Shown here: positions 38,426 to 47,905 of the stretch, piece after piece
Layout: every line of letters begins with the position of its first letter
Position numbering within the stretch: position 1 is the stretch's first letter
DNA from: Pseudomonadota bacterium
GTDB taxonomy: Bacteria; Bdellovibrionota_B; Oligoflexia; Oligoflexales; RGVZ01
Direction of reading: 5' to 3'
Length of the DNA: 64,000 bases
Assembly (NCBI GenBank): GCA_041178085.1
Contig: JBEGVZ010000043.1
Coordinates: 39,381-103,380, forward strand
Translations under genes and position numbers: made by a program
The notes under the pieces: generated by a model
The model's database searches: none
Seen by the model: the letters and a program-made list of their open reading frames with translations, nothing else
Told to the model about the DNA's origin: nothing

Positions 38426-40147
38426 ATGCCGGCTTCGCAAGATGCAAGCAACCGAAGTTTTTTTGAAACCTTGGCGCGCGATATCGGATCGAAGGTCCAG
38501 GGTTCCAACCTCAAGCACGTCGCACACGAAAAGCACGCGGATGAGGATGTCTTCCACGTCGACGCGAAATCGATCAAGGATGTCACAGCAGCGCTCAAGC
38601 CGCACTTTCCGTATCTGCTGGATGTCGCCGGTGTTGACTACCCGGAGCGGGAAAAGAGACTCGACGTCGTCTACCATTTTCTGAATCCGGATACGAATCG
38701 CCGCCTGCGCGTCAAGGCGCAGCTGGCCGACGGTGAGACGATTGATTCAGTAACGCCCGTGTACCGCGGCGCCAACTGGTTCGAGCGTGAAGCTTTCGAC
38801 CTGTTCGGAATCAAGTTCGACGGACACCCGAACCTGCGGCGCATCCTGTGCCACGAGGATTTCGTTGGCCATCCGTTGCGCAAGGACTACCCGGCAGACG
38901 GCAACCAGGAGCTGCGGACCCCACTGCATCACTCGTTCGAAAAAGACCGTGCGCGCATGATGGCGGAGAGTGAGGATCACTTGTCCGACCGCGTGTGGCT
39001 GAATATCGGCCCAGCTCACCCGGCAACCCACGGGACACTGCGTTTCATGGCAGTTCTGTCCGGCGAAACCATCGAAAAAATTGACGTTGAAATCGGGTAC
39101 CTGCACCGCTGTTTCGAAAAGATGTGCGAGACGCACAACTACAACCAGATCATTCCGTACACCGATCGACTCAACTACTGCTCAGCGCCGATGAATAACC
39201 ACGCGTGGTGCCGGACGATCGAGAAGATGCTGGGCATCGAGGTGCCGCCGCGGGCCCAGGCCATGCGCGTGATCCTGGATGAATTCTCGCGAATCATCGA
39301 CCACTTCGTGTGCATCAGCACCAACGCGGTTGACCTTGGCGCACTGACCAACTTCTGGCTCGGCTTCCAGGCGAGGGAAAAGGTTTACGACTTGTTCGAG
39401 GCCCTCTGCGGTGCGCGCCTGACAGTTTCACTGGCGCGGGTTGGCGGGATGGGCTTTGACCTCCCAGACGGCTGGGTTGCCAAGGCATACGAGACAATCA
39501 AAGCGATCGAGCAGGCGCACTCCGAGATCGACACACTGCTGACCAAAAACCGCATCTTCGTCAAGCGAATGGTCGGAGCCGGTGCCATCGACAAGGAGCG
39601 CGCCATCGACTGGGGCTTCACAGGGCCTTGCCTGCGCGCAGCCGGTGTGCCGCTCGATATGCGCCAATACAATCCCTACTACGGCTACGACCAGCTCGAG
39701 TTTGATATTCCAGTGGGCGAGCGTGGCGACTCCTACGACCGCTACATGGTTCGCATGGAAGAAATCCGCCAATCGCTGCGGATCATCAAACAAATGCTGA
39801 AAAATATCCCGTCTGGACCGATCGAAGTTGACGATCCGCGGATCACCTTGCCCGCAAAGCAGGATGTCTATGGGAACATCGAAGGCCTGATGAACCAGTT
39901 CATGCTGGTCATTCACGGAATTCAGCCCCCGCCCGGAGAGATATACAGCGGCTACGAAGCAGCCAACGGTGAGCTCGGCTTCTACGTGGTCAGCGACGGC
40001 AGCGGACGCCCCTACCGGGTCAAGTGCCGTCCACCGTGCTTCGCAATCTTCCAGGCCTTCCCGGAAATGATGGAAGGACAAATGATCGCCGACGCGATTG
40101 CGGCACTTGGCAGCGTGAACATCATCGCGGGCGAACTCGACCGCTGA
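38426..40147 (+). CDS. nuoCD: NADH-quinone oxidoreductase subunit C/D fusion
   Basis: ANWFEREAFDLFG, GHPLRKDY, NIGPAHPATHG, GYLHR, DRLNY, GELDR. Confidence 0.95.
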   Translation: MPASQDASNRSFFETLARDIGSKVQGSNLKHVAHEKHADEDVFHVDAKSIKDVTAALKPHFPYLLDVAGVDYPEREKRLDVVYHFLNPDTNRRLRVKAQLADGETIDSVTPVYRGANWFEREAFDLFGIKFDGHPNLRRILCHEDFVGHPLRKDYPADGNQELRTPLHHSFEKDRARMMAESEDHLSDRVWLNIGPAHPATHGTLRFMAVLSGETIEKIDVEIGYLHRCFEKMCETHNYNQIIPYTDRLNYCSAPMNNHAWCRTIEKMLGIEVPPRAQAMRVILDEFSRIIDHFVCISTNAVDLGALTNFWLGFQAREKVYDLFEALCGARLTVSLARVGGMGFDLPDGWVAKAYETIKAIEQAHSEIDTLLTKNRIFVKRMVGAGAIDKERAIDWGFTGPCLRAAGVPLDMRQYNPYYGYDQLEFDIPVGERGDSYDRYMVRMEEIRQSLRIIKQMLKNIPSGPIEVDDPRITLPAKQDVYGNIEGLMNQFMLVIHGIQPPPGEIYSGYEAANGELGFYVVSDGSGRPYRVKCRPPCFAIFQAFPEMMEGQMIADAIAALGSVNIIAGELDR

Positions 40148-40170
40148 TTTATTTGGAGAACGAGCAGGAC

Positions 40171-40689
40171 ATGCACGACCATCACAAACCCAATACAAAA
40201 AGTGAACCGGCACCAGCCTTCACGCCGGCCTTGCGCAAGAAGATCGAAGGTTATTTGACCCGCTACGAAACCAAGCGCTCCGCCATCCTGCCGGCACTCC
40301 ATGCCATCCAGGACGAGCTGGGCTGGATTGCCGACGAGCATGTCGAGATCCTGGACAAGGACTACGGTCTGCATCGCGTTCAGGTCCGGGAAGTCCTGAC
40401 CTTTTACACCGCGTACCGTCAGAAGAAGCCGGCCAAAAATCCGATCATGTTTTGCAACAACATTGTCTGCTGCATGCTTGGGGCCAACGAAGTGATCGAC
40501 AAAATCAAGGGCCACATCAAGAAGTACGAAGAGCGCGGAATGGAGGCGCCCTTCAGCGTGGAAGGTGTTCCTTGCCTGTGCGTTTGCGACGGGGCACCGG
40601 CCATGATCGTGAACAAAGACCGGCACCTGAAAGTGACCAAGGACAACGTTGACGAAATCCTGGAACGTTACGCTGAACTGCCGCGCTAA
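40171..40689 (+). CDS. nuoE: NADH-quinone oxidoreductase subunit E
   Basis: SAILPALH..Q, TFY, CNNIVC, CLCVC..AP. Confidence 0.92.
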   Translation: MHDHHKPNTKSEPAPAFTPALRKKIEGYLTRYETKRSAILPALHAIQDELGWIADEHVEILDKDYGLHRVQVREVLTFYTAYRQKKPAKNPIMFCNNIVCCMLGANEVIDKIKGHIKKYEERGMEAPFSVEGVPCLCVCDGAPAMIVNKDRHLKVTKDNVDEILERYAELPR

Positions 40690-40718
40690 GGCACCAAACC
40701 TGAAGAGGGCGTCTGAAG

Positions 40719-41993
40719 ATGGGCGACACACTCAATAAAGTTAAAATCACGACTGCGTTTGAGGGCAAACCGAACGCACGTGCCCTGAAAACCTACGTCG
40801 ACAATGGTGGCTACACGGCCCTTAAAAAGGCTTTTTCCATGCAGCCCGCGCAGATCATCGACGAGGTCAAGGCGGCTGGACTGCGTGGACGGGGCGGCGC
40901 TGGATTCCCGACCGGGATGAAGTGGGGCTTCGTGCCGAAGGACGACAAAGGCCCGAAATACATTGTCTGCAACAATGACGAAGGCGAACCAGGAACCTTC
41001 AAAGACCGTTACATTGCAGAATGCAACCCGCACATGCTTATCGAGGGCATGATCATCGCCGGATTCGCGATCGGCGCCAACAAAGGGTACATCTACACGC
41101 GGTTTGAGTTTTTTGAAGAAATCCGCTGGCTGGAAATCGCAATCAAGGAAGCCTACGACGCTGGTTTCCTGGGCGACAACATCCTTGGATCCGGTTTCAA
41201 GTTCCACCTGGATCACTACACGGGTGCTGGCGCATACATTTGCGGTGAAGAAACCGGTTTGCTGTCTTCGCTGGAAGGTAAAAAAGGCCAACCAAAATTG
41301 AAACCACCGTTCCCGGCCGTTTCGGGCTACCTGCATCGCCCAACCGTGGTCAATAACACGGAAACGCTGGCAACTGTGCCATTCATCATCAACAACGGGG
41401 CCGCAGCCCACAAGGCGATTGGCACGGAGAAATCTCCAGGGACCAAGCTTTTCTGCATCTCGGGACGGGTGAAAAGGCCGGGCGTTTATGAGCTGCCCCT
41501 TGGTTACCCGTTCGAGAAACTGCTGAACGAAGACGCCGGCGGAATGTTGCCGGGCTATACCCTCAAAGCTTGCATCCCGGGGGGGTCGTCCGCGCCGATC
41601 CTGACGCCAGAAGAACTCAAGGGGCTTACTCTTGATTACGAAGCAATCACCGCCAAAGGGTCGATGCTGGGATCGGGCGCAATCATGATCATCGACAACA
41701 CCATGAGCATGGTCGAGTTGCTCAAGGTCACAGTGGACTTTTACCACCACGAAAGCTGCGGCCAATGCACGCCATGCCGTGAAGGCACCGGTTGGCTGGC
41801 GAATATCATGGGTGGCATTGCGGCGGGCGAAGGCAAGAAGGACGACATCGAGCGGATGAACGAAATCTCGGCCAGAATGGGTGGCCGGACCATCTGCGCG
41901 CTGAGCGATGCAGCTGCCATGCCTACCATGTCGATCGTGAAGAAATTCGGCGCCGAGATCGCCGACTACATCGAGAGAGGAATACGCGCGTGA
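40719..41993 (+). CDS. nuoF: NADH-quinone oxidoreductase subunit F
   Basis: GLRGRGGAGFPTG, DEGEPGTFKDR, GAYICGEET, ESCGQCTPCREG. Confidence 0.97.
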   Translation: MGDTLNKVKITTAFEGKPNARALKTYVDNGGYTALKKAFSMQPAQIIDEVKAAGLRGRGGAGFPTGMKWGFVPKDDKGPKYIVCNNDEGEPGTFKDRYIAECNPHMLIEGMIIAGFAIGANKGYIYTRFEFFEEIRWLEIAIKEAYDAGFLGDNILGSGFKFHLDHYTGAGAYICGEETGLLSSLEGKKGQPKLKPPFPAVSGYLHRPTVVNNTETLATVPFIINNGAAAHKAIGTEKSPGTKLFCISGRVKRPGVYELPLGYPFEKLLNEDAGGMLPGYTLKACIPGGSSAPILTPEELKGLTLDYEAITAKGSMLGSGAIMIIDNTMSMVELLKVTVDFYHHESCGQCTPCREGTGWLANIMGGIAAGEGKKDDIERMNEISARMGGRTICALSDAAAMPTMSIVKKFGAEIADYIERGIRA

Positions 41994-43492
41994 GCGAGAC
42001 GGTAACATTCAAACTCAACGGCAAGGACGTGACGGTTCCCAAGGGAACCACGGTCATGGAAGCGGCGCGCCGCGAAAAGGTAGAGATCCCTCACTTCTGC
42101 TGGCATCCGGGACTTTCCGTGGCCGGTGTGTGCCGCTTCTGCATGGTCAAGGTCGAGGGTCGTCCAAAACTGGAAATCGCCTGCAACCTGCAGGCAACAG
42201 ACGGCATGGACGTCAAGACCAGCACCGACGACACGAAAGCGGCTCACAAATGGGCGCTTGAGTTCCATTTGATCAACCATCCACTGGACTGCCCGATCTG
42301 TGACCAGGCAGGTGAATGCGGCCTTCAGGACTATTACATGTCCGTTGGCAAGTACCACAGCCAGATGACCAGACCCAAAGTCCTGAAACCCAAAACCCTC
42401 GACGTAGGCAAGGATCTTGTCCTGGATACGGAGCGCTGCATCTTGTGCTCGCGCTGCGTGCGCTTTGAGGAAGAAGTCACGAAAACGGGCGCTCTCGGCA
42501 TCTTTGACCGCGGCGACCGGGCCATCGTTGGAACTTATCCAGGCACTAAGATCGAGCACAGCTATCAGACAAACCTCGTCGACATCTGTCCTGTGGGGGC
42601 ATTCACTTCGCGCGACTTCCGCTTCAAGCAGCGGGTGTGGTTCCTGAAGGACAAGCCGGCCACTTGCCCTGGCTGTTCGACAGGCTGCAGTGTCGATGTT
42701 TTCGGCAAGCCGGAAACCCGGACCTACTACCGGGTGAAGCCACGGCAGGGCGAAGCTAACGGTCACTGGATGTGCGACAAGGGCAGGGACACCTACAAGC
42801 ATCTGAACCAGGAAAACCGCCTGCGCACTGCGCTTGCGAGCGATGCCAAGGGCAAGGTCTCGGAAGCGACCTTTGCCGATGCGATTGCCGATCTGGGTAG
42901 CCGCCTGGCTGCAGTCAATCCGGCCCAGGATGTTGCACTGCTGGTTTCTGCACAGCACACCAGCGAGGAGTACAAGTCGCTGTTTGACTTCTTTGTGCGC
43001 GAACTCGGCGTCAAAAAGGTCTACCAGTGGCGCGAGCCCGGCGAGAAGACAGATGCTTTCGACGGCCTTCTTCTGCGCGGCGACCACAACGCAAACACCC
43101 GCGGGCTTCAGGACGCACTCAAGGAAGCCGGGCTGCCTGGCGGCGTAAAAAATGAATTCGACGCCGTGGCAACGTCTGGTGCGAAGATTGTCATCGCCGT
43201 CACACCGGAAATCCCGTGGACCTTCCCGTCCCTTGAACGTCAACTGGACAGTTTATCTGAGCTGGGATTTGTATCCTTCTGGAGCGTTGCTGGTTCCTTG
43301 ACCACCCGGAAGAAGGTCAAGCATGCCTTACCGCTAAAGGGTTTTGCAGAGAAGAAGGGTACTTTCGTCAATCATGCCGGCAAGGCGGCGAAACTTGAAC
43401 ATCCTTTCCCGTGTACAGTCAAAGATGGACGGGATGTGACAGAGATCGTAGCTGCGCTCAAGCAGTGGAGGCAAAATCATGGCCGTCATTAA
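41990..43492 (+). CDS. nuoG: NADH-quinone oxidoreductase subunit G (short form, ~500 aa)
   Basis: IPHFC, CRFC, HPLDCPICDQAGEC, CILCSRC, CPGCSTGC; GTG start overlapping the nuoF stop. Confidence 0.9.
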   Translation: MSETVTFKLNGKDVTVPKGTTVMEAARREKVEIPHFCWHPGLSVAGVCRFCMVKVEGRPKLEIACNLQATDGMDVKTSTDDTKAAHKWALEFHLINHPLDCPICDQAGECGLQDYYMSVGKYHSQMTRPKVLKPKTLDVGKDLVLDTERCILCSRCVRFEEEVTKTGALGIFDRGDRAIVGTYPGTKIEHSYQTNLVDICPVGAFTSRDFRFKQRVWFLKDKPATCPGCSTGCSVDVFGKPETRTYYRVKPRQGEANGHWMCDKGRDTYKHLNQENRLRTALASDAKGKVSEATFADAIADLGSRLAAVNPAQDVALLVSAQHTSEEYKSLFDFFVRELGVKKVYQWREPGEKTDAFDGLLLRGDHNANTRGLQDALKEAGLPGGVKNEFDAVATSGAKIVIAVTPEIPWTFPSLERQLDSLSELGFVSFWSVAGSLTTRKKVKHALPLKGFAEKKGTFVNHAGKAAKLEHPFPCTVKDGRDVTEIVAALKQWRQNHGRH

Positions 43493-44087
43493 AGTCGCGC
43501 GTCCACCGGAAGACACCAACATCTTCTCCGCTGGCTGGGGTTACATCACCACAATCAGCGTCGGCATGTGGAAGACTCTGGTGATTTTCCTCAAGCAGCT
43601 TACGCGGATCGAAAAGACCAACACTCTGGAATGGCCGGAGCAGCCGGCAACCTACGGCGACCGCTTCAAAGGCAAGCATTTCCTGACGTTGCGCGATGAT
43701 GGCGAAGTTCGGTGTACTGCCTGCTTCTTGTGCGCCACAAACTGCCCTGCAGAGTGCATTCACATCGAAGCGGGCAATCATCCCAACAACGAGCTGGAAA
43801 AATTCCCGGTCCGCTTTGAGATAGACATCCTCCGCTGCGTATTCTGCGGTTATTGCGAGGAAGCATGCCCAGTTGACGCGATCCGCCTTGGTCCGGAATA
43901 CGCAATGACCGGACCGACAGGCGGCAAATGGGTTTACACGAAGGAATACCTTGCGGAACGCAAACAGCTTTCGGGTGGCATCGTCAGCGTGAAGGATGAG
44001 AACGAAAAGCATCCTATCGTAGAAGCCCCCAAGGAAGCCCGCTCTCCGAAGCAACTCAAGAGCTACGTCCGTCACGGACTCCATTGA
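43479..44087 (+). CDS. nuoI: NADH-quinone oxidoreductase subunit I
   Basis: CTACFLCATNCP and CVFCGYCEEACP. Confidence 0.93.
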   Translation: MAVIKVARPPEDTNIFSAGWGYITTISVGMWKTLVIFLKQLTRIEKTNTLEWPEQPATYGDRFKGKHFLTLRDDGEVRCTACFLCATNCPAECIHIEAGNHPNNELEKFPVRFEIDILRCVFCGYCEEACPVDAIRLGPEYAMTGPTGGKWVYTKEYLAERKQLSGGIVSVKDENEKHPIVEAPKEARSPKQLKSYVRHGLH

Positions 44088-44451
44088 CGACCTGCAGGGC
44101 CTGGTCGAGGATCGACCGGGCTCCGGACGACTTGTCGACGAAAAGTCGCACGCACTTGGGCCAGTTCCGACGCTGGGCGTGGATGTCAGGCCTGCTGCTG
44201 ACGATCACGACCGGAATATCAGCGAAGAAAACGTCCACATATTCAGCAATCTCAGCGCCTGTAAACTTTTCAAGAAAGTAGTCCAGGATTGCGCCGTCAT
44301 AGCCAGAGAGCTTCCCGACCCGCCCAAGGGACTCAAGGGATGGAGCCCAATCGCAGCCCACGCCACGCACCTCCGCAAGAGCCTTCATGATCTTGCCAAA
44401 GGCGGGGTCATCATCAATGACAAGGATCTTTAGCGCCTTTGAGGCCACCAT
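44056..44451 (-). CDS. single-domain response regulator (receiver)
   Basis: ILVIDDD, ILDY, VVIVSS, FVDK. Confidence 0.8.
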   Translation of the reverse strand: MVASKALKILVIDDDPAFGKIMKALAEVRGVGCDWAPSLESLGRVGKLSGYDGAILDYFLEKFTGAEIAEYVDVFFADIPVVIVSSRPDIHAQRRNWPKCVRLFVDKSSGARSILDQALQVVNGVRDGRSS

Positions 44452-44618
44452 AAAAGCCTCCCGGGTTGGTCAGGACACTCCATGGTGTGCTGCAGTTTTC
44501 CTGCCAAAGATCGCCCCGGCCGATGAACAATTCCTCCGCTCCAAAGACATGGCAGGCGCGCCCAAGAGGCCGCTGAGGTGTCCTTGACAGCCCCCGCCTG
44601 CAGGAGTAGGAACCCCCT

Positions 44619-45761
44619 ATGAAATTTGACGTTTTTCACTCCATCGGACGCATCGACTCCCTGCCGGTCCGGCTGACTGACCGACAGGTGTTTGACGGCT
44701 TCTTTGAGCAGTTACCCCTCGCTGATGAGCTCGGTTTTGGCACCATGTGGGTCGCGGAAACGCACTTCTCAAGCGAAGTACAGAAGCGCCACACCAAGCC
44801 GGTCATCCCGCATTACCGGGGTGAAATCGGAATCAATTGTGATTCGCCACAGCTTTTTCACGTGATGACTTCCCGCACCCGGCGGATTGGATTCGGCACA
44901 GCCATCTACAATATCGTTGGCGGATCGGGCGGACCAATTGCCGCAGCGGACAGGATGCGTTCGCTTGCCTTCCTCAACCAGTTCGCAATCCAGCCTAGAC
45001 GCCTTGAGATCGGTTTTGCATCAGGTCGCTTTCCGTTCATCAATCGACCCTTCGGCATTGTCCCGCGAGACGACTTCGAAGTAGCAAACTGGCAGGAATG
45101 CAGCCGGTTGATCCTGTGCGAGGCGACCGAGGTTTTCCTGCGCCTTGTTGCAGGGGAATCCATCAGCTCTGAACAGATCACGTCACGATCCTATGCAAAT
45201 GGCACACCTTACAAGCCCAGGTGGAATTTTGAAGAATTGATGCTGGTTCCGGCCTTGGCTCCCGAAGTCGCTGAGAGGATGAGTTTCGTCCTCGGCTCGC
45301 ACGATCCGGCAGCCCAGGAAACCGCCCTGAAGTGGGCCGACTGCGATATTTTCAACCTGAGCTTCACCGCACCTGACCAGATCGATGCTGTTCACGCTGC
45401 CATGCAAAAGCGTTACGAGAATACAGATCGCCACTGGGGCCGGCACAGGATGCCCAGGACTGTCTTGATCTTCATCGACGACACAAGCAAAAAGGCTCAC
45501 GAACGCGCAAACCATTGTTTTGACACATACATCGAAGCCATGCGCGGGACTGCAGCAGTACCAGACAAGTCTGTACTGATGGAGCGCGCCCTGATTGGTG
45601 ACCCGCAGGAAATTCTGGCACAACTGTCCCCGGACAATCCTCGGCGACTGCACAGGGATGACCGACTGATGCTCTGGTTTGAATTCAACCAGGCGGACAG
45701 CCATGACATCTGCCGGCAGATGAAGTTGTTCTCTCAACAAGTGATGCCCCATGCTCCATAG
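44619..45761 (+). CDS. LLM-class (luciferase-like) flavin-dependent oxidoreductase
   Basis: ADELGF..MWVAETHF, TRRIGFGTA, RLEIGFASG. Confidence 0.85.
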   Translation: MKFDVFHSIGRIDSLPVRLTDRQVFDGFFEQLPLADELGFGTMWVAETHFSSEVQKRHTKPVIPHYRGEIGINCDSPQLFHVMTSRTRRIGFGTAIYNIVGGSGGPIAAADRMRSLAFLNQFAIQPRRLEIGFASGRFPFINRPFGIVPRDDFEVANWQECSRLILCEATEVFLRLVAGESISSEQITSRSYANGTPYKPRWNFEELMLVPALAPEVAERMSFVLGSHDPAAQETALKWADCDIFNLSFTAPDQIDAVHAAMQKRYENTDRHWGRHRMPRTVLIFIDDTSKKAHERANHCFDTYIEAMRGTAAVPDKSVLMERALIGDPQEILAQLSPDNPRRLHRDDRLMLWFEFNQADSHDICRQMKLFSQQVMPHAP

Positions 45762-46725
45762 GCTGCCGACGGTCTTCATGTTTTCGCGGAAGCAAGTACC
45801 CGAAGTTGCCGTGCAGGGGCTGGTCGCGCTGCGGCAACTGGATGGCGGAACGTTCTCAAACGCCCCTACCAACCTTCAGTTTGTGACTCGTTCACTCCTG
45901 AAGCCCTGGCAATACCTGGCAGCAGATGTTGGTAATCGTGAACCGTTCTGGGCCCTTGCTTTTGCCAGCCACTCTGCACAACCGCCGCAAATCGATGCCT
46001 TGCAAAAACTTGCTTCAGAAGCTGGCGTCAATGAATCAAGCCTGATTTGTCCAAGGGCGTGGCCTCTTGATGCGATGGCGGCGATGGCGATGCGGATGAA
46101 AGGCGAGACTCAGACGCGTCTTCTGCATCCATGCTCAGGCAAGCACCTTGCTCTCCTTGCCGCCTGCCGTCATCACGGCCATCCAGTGGAACAATATTTC
46201 AGTCCGGATCATCCGGTGCAAAAGCGACTCTACAACCTGGTTGGCCGCGAAGCCGGAGAAAGACTTGAATGGCTGACGGACAGCTGTGGACTTCCGGTCG
46301 CCGCAATGTCGGTCGACGGGTACCTTGGACTTTGGGACAAGCTGGCAAAATCAAACGAACCGCGGGTGCAGGACTTGAAGGCACTTTGGCTGGCAAATCC
46401 GCGCCTTGTTGGAGGCGTCAAGCGCTTTGACTCCGACCTGATGGAGGCTTTCCCCGGGCGGCTGCTCGCCAAGGAGGGGGCTGACGGCCTATTGGTGGTG
46501 CATATGCTACCTGTCGGGGGCGAGGGGCCAGCTACCTGTTTCGTCAAGGTTTCGGCCGGATACAATCAATCCCATCTGGCGCTGGCATTGCTCAGCCTGC
46601 TGCAGCAAAGCCAACGTAACCATCCGCTTGGAAAATCGCTGGGCGACCTGAACGAGTACTTGCGTTCACGGCAAGATGAATGGATCCCAGGCGATCAGAA
46701 CTTGTCACTGGCCCCATTCGCGTGA
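45751..46725 (+). CDS. L-asparaginase II (Rhizobium etli-type) family protein
   Basis: RSLLKP, ASH, CSGKH, HPVQ, DSCG, KEGADG. Confidence 0.8.
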   Translation: MLHRLPTVFMFSRKQVPEVAVQGLVALRQLDGGTFSNAPTNLQFVTRSLLKPWQYLAADVGNREPFWALAFASHSAQPPQIDALQKLASEAGVNESSLICPRAWPLDAMAAMAMRMKGETQTRLLHPCSGKHLALLAACRHHGHPVEQYFSPDHPVQKRLYNLVGREAGERLEWLTDSCGLPVAAMSVDGYLGLWDKLAKSNEPRVQDLKALWLANPRLVGGVKRFDSDLMEAFPGRLLAKEGADGLLVVHMLPVGGEGPATCFVKVSAGYNQSHLALALLSLLQQSQRNHPLGKSLGDLNEYLRSRQDEWIPGDQNLSLAPFA

Positions 46726-46732
46726 TCGGCCA

Positions 46733-47704
46733 ATGAACAAGCTCCGCTTCAAGGTAAAAGACGGCTTCTCAGGCACGCGCCTGGACCAATTTATCTCCCT
46801 TCAGGGGGTTGAACTTTCAAAGCGCAAGATCAAGGAAGTGATTGACGCTGGTGGCGTCTATATCAACGGCAAACGCGCACGGATCGCGTCACGTCCGGTC
46901 AATGACGGTGACCTGATCGAGATGCAATACAATCTTGAGACGTTGAAGAAGATCAAGCAACGCGAACACGAACTGGAAGACAAGGATGTGCTCTTCCATG
47001 AAGGGGACGTCATCGCGGTAAACAAGCCGCCGGGACTGCCCACCCAGGCGACCCGTGACCAGGCACTGGTGCATCTTGAGGCTGCGGTGAAGAAGTACCT
47101 TGCGCGGAAGCCTGGATCTCCAAATGCTCAAAAGCAGGCTGCAATTCATCTGGTGCACAGGCTGGACAAGGAAACCAGTGGAGTCGTCCTGCTTGCTTCA
47201 TCGACCGCAGCGACGACTTTTCTGACGGAGCAATTCCGGCAGCGGACGGTGAAAAAAGAGTACCTCGCGATCTGTTCAGGAATTCCGGATCAGAAGAAGT
47301 TTGTCGTCGAATGCTTTTTGTCACCAATCGACCGCAAGACTGGCAACGTTTCCGTCGTGCGCTCGGGTGGAAAACCGTCCAGGACAAGTTTTGAAGTTCT
47401 CAAGACAAATCCGGCACTGAAGCTTTCACTCATCCGCTGTCTGCCAGAAACAGGCCGCAGTCACCAGATCCGTGTCCACCTTGCGCATGCCGGGTTTCCA
47501 ATCATCGGGGACAAACGTTACCTGCGCGGGAAAATCAAATTACCCGTCGCTTTGGAGGCCCTCGCTGCGGAACATCACTTCTTGCACGCCTTGCGACTGA
47601 CTTTTGCCCCGGCCGCCGGTGCACGGGAAGTAACTGTTGAGGCAAGCCTGCCGCCTAATTTCACCGGATTCCTTGAAAACAGCTTGTTAACAGATAAACG
47701 ATAG
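46733..47704 (+). CDS. RluA-family pseudouridine synthase with S4 domain
   Basis: RLDQ S4 domain, NKPPGL, HRLDKETSG, TGRSHQIRVH, GD..Y, LHA. Confidence 0.93.
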   Translation: MNKLRFKVKDGFSGTRLDQFISLQGVELSKRKIKEVIDAGGVYINGKRARIASRPVNDGDLIEMQYNLETLKKIKQREHELEDKDVLFHEGDVIAVNKPPGLPTQATRDQALVHLEAAVKKYLARKPGSPNAQKQAAIHLVHRLDKETSGVVLLASSTAATTFLTEQFRQRTVKKEYLAICSGIPDQKKFVVECFLSPIDRKTGNVSVVRSGGKPSRTSFEVLKTNPALKLSLIRCLPETGRSHQIRVHLAHAGFPIIGDKRYLRGKIKLPVALEALAAEHHFLHALRLTFAPAAGAREVTVEASLPPNFTGFLENSLLTDKR

Positions 47705-47905
47705 TTCTGCGGCCCGGGCAAGCTGAAGGCGGAATGTAGGCAGCTGAGCTTTAGTCATGCAGCGGTTGTTGCCTCTTGGACCGAGACACTACGACAATAA
47801 TGAGCAACCAGCAGATATTGCAGGATAATCAGGCTTTTCTTTAAAGCAATCCCGGATTGTCCCGATCTACCCGTTGGAACGACCCGACACCGCGCGGAGA
47901 CCTTC

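Noticed and set aside
39428..43243. Long - strand ORFs (261, 239, 440, 425 aa)
   Set aside because: Antisense to the well-supported nuo genes.
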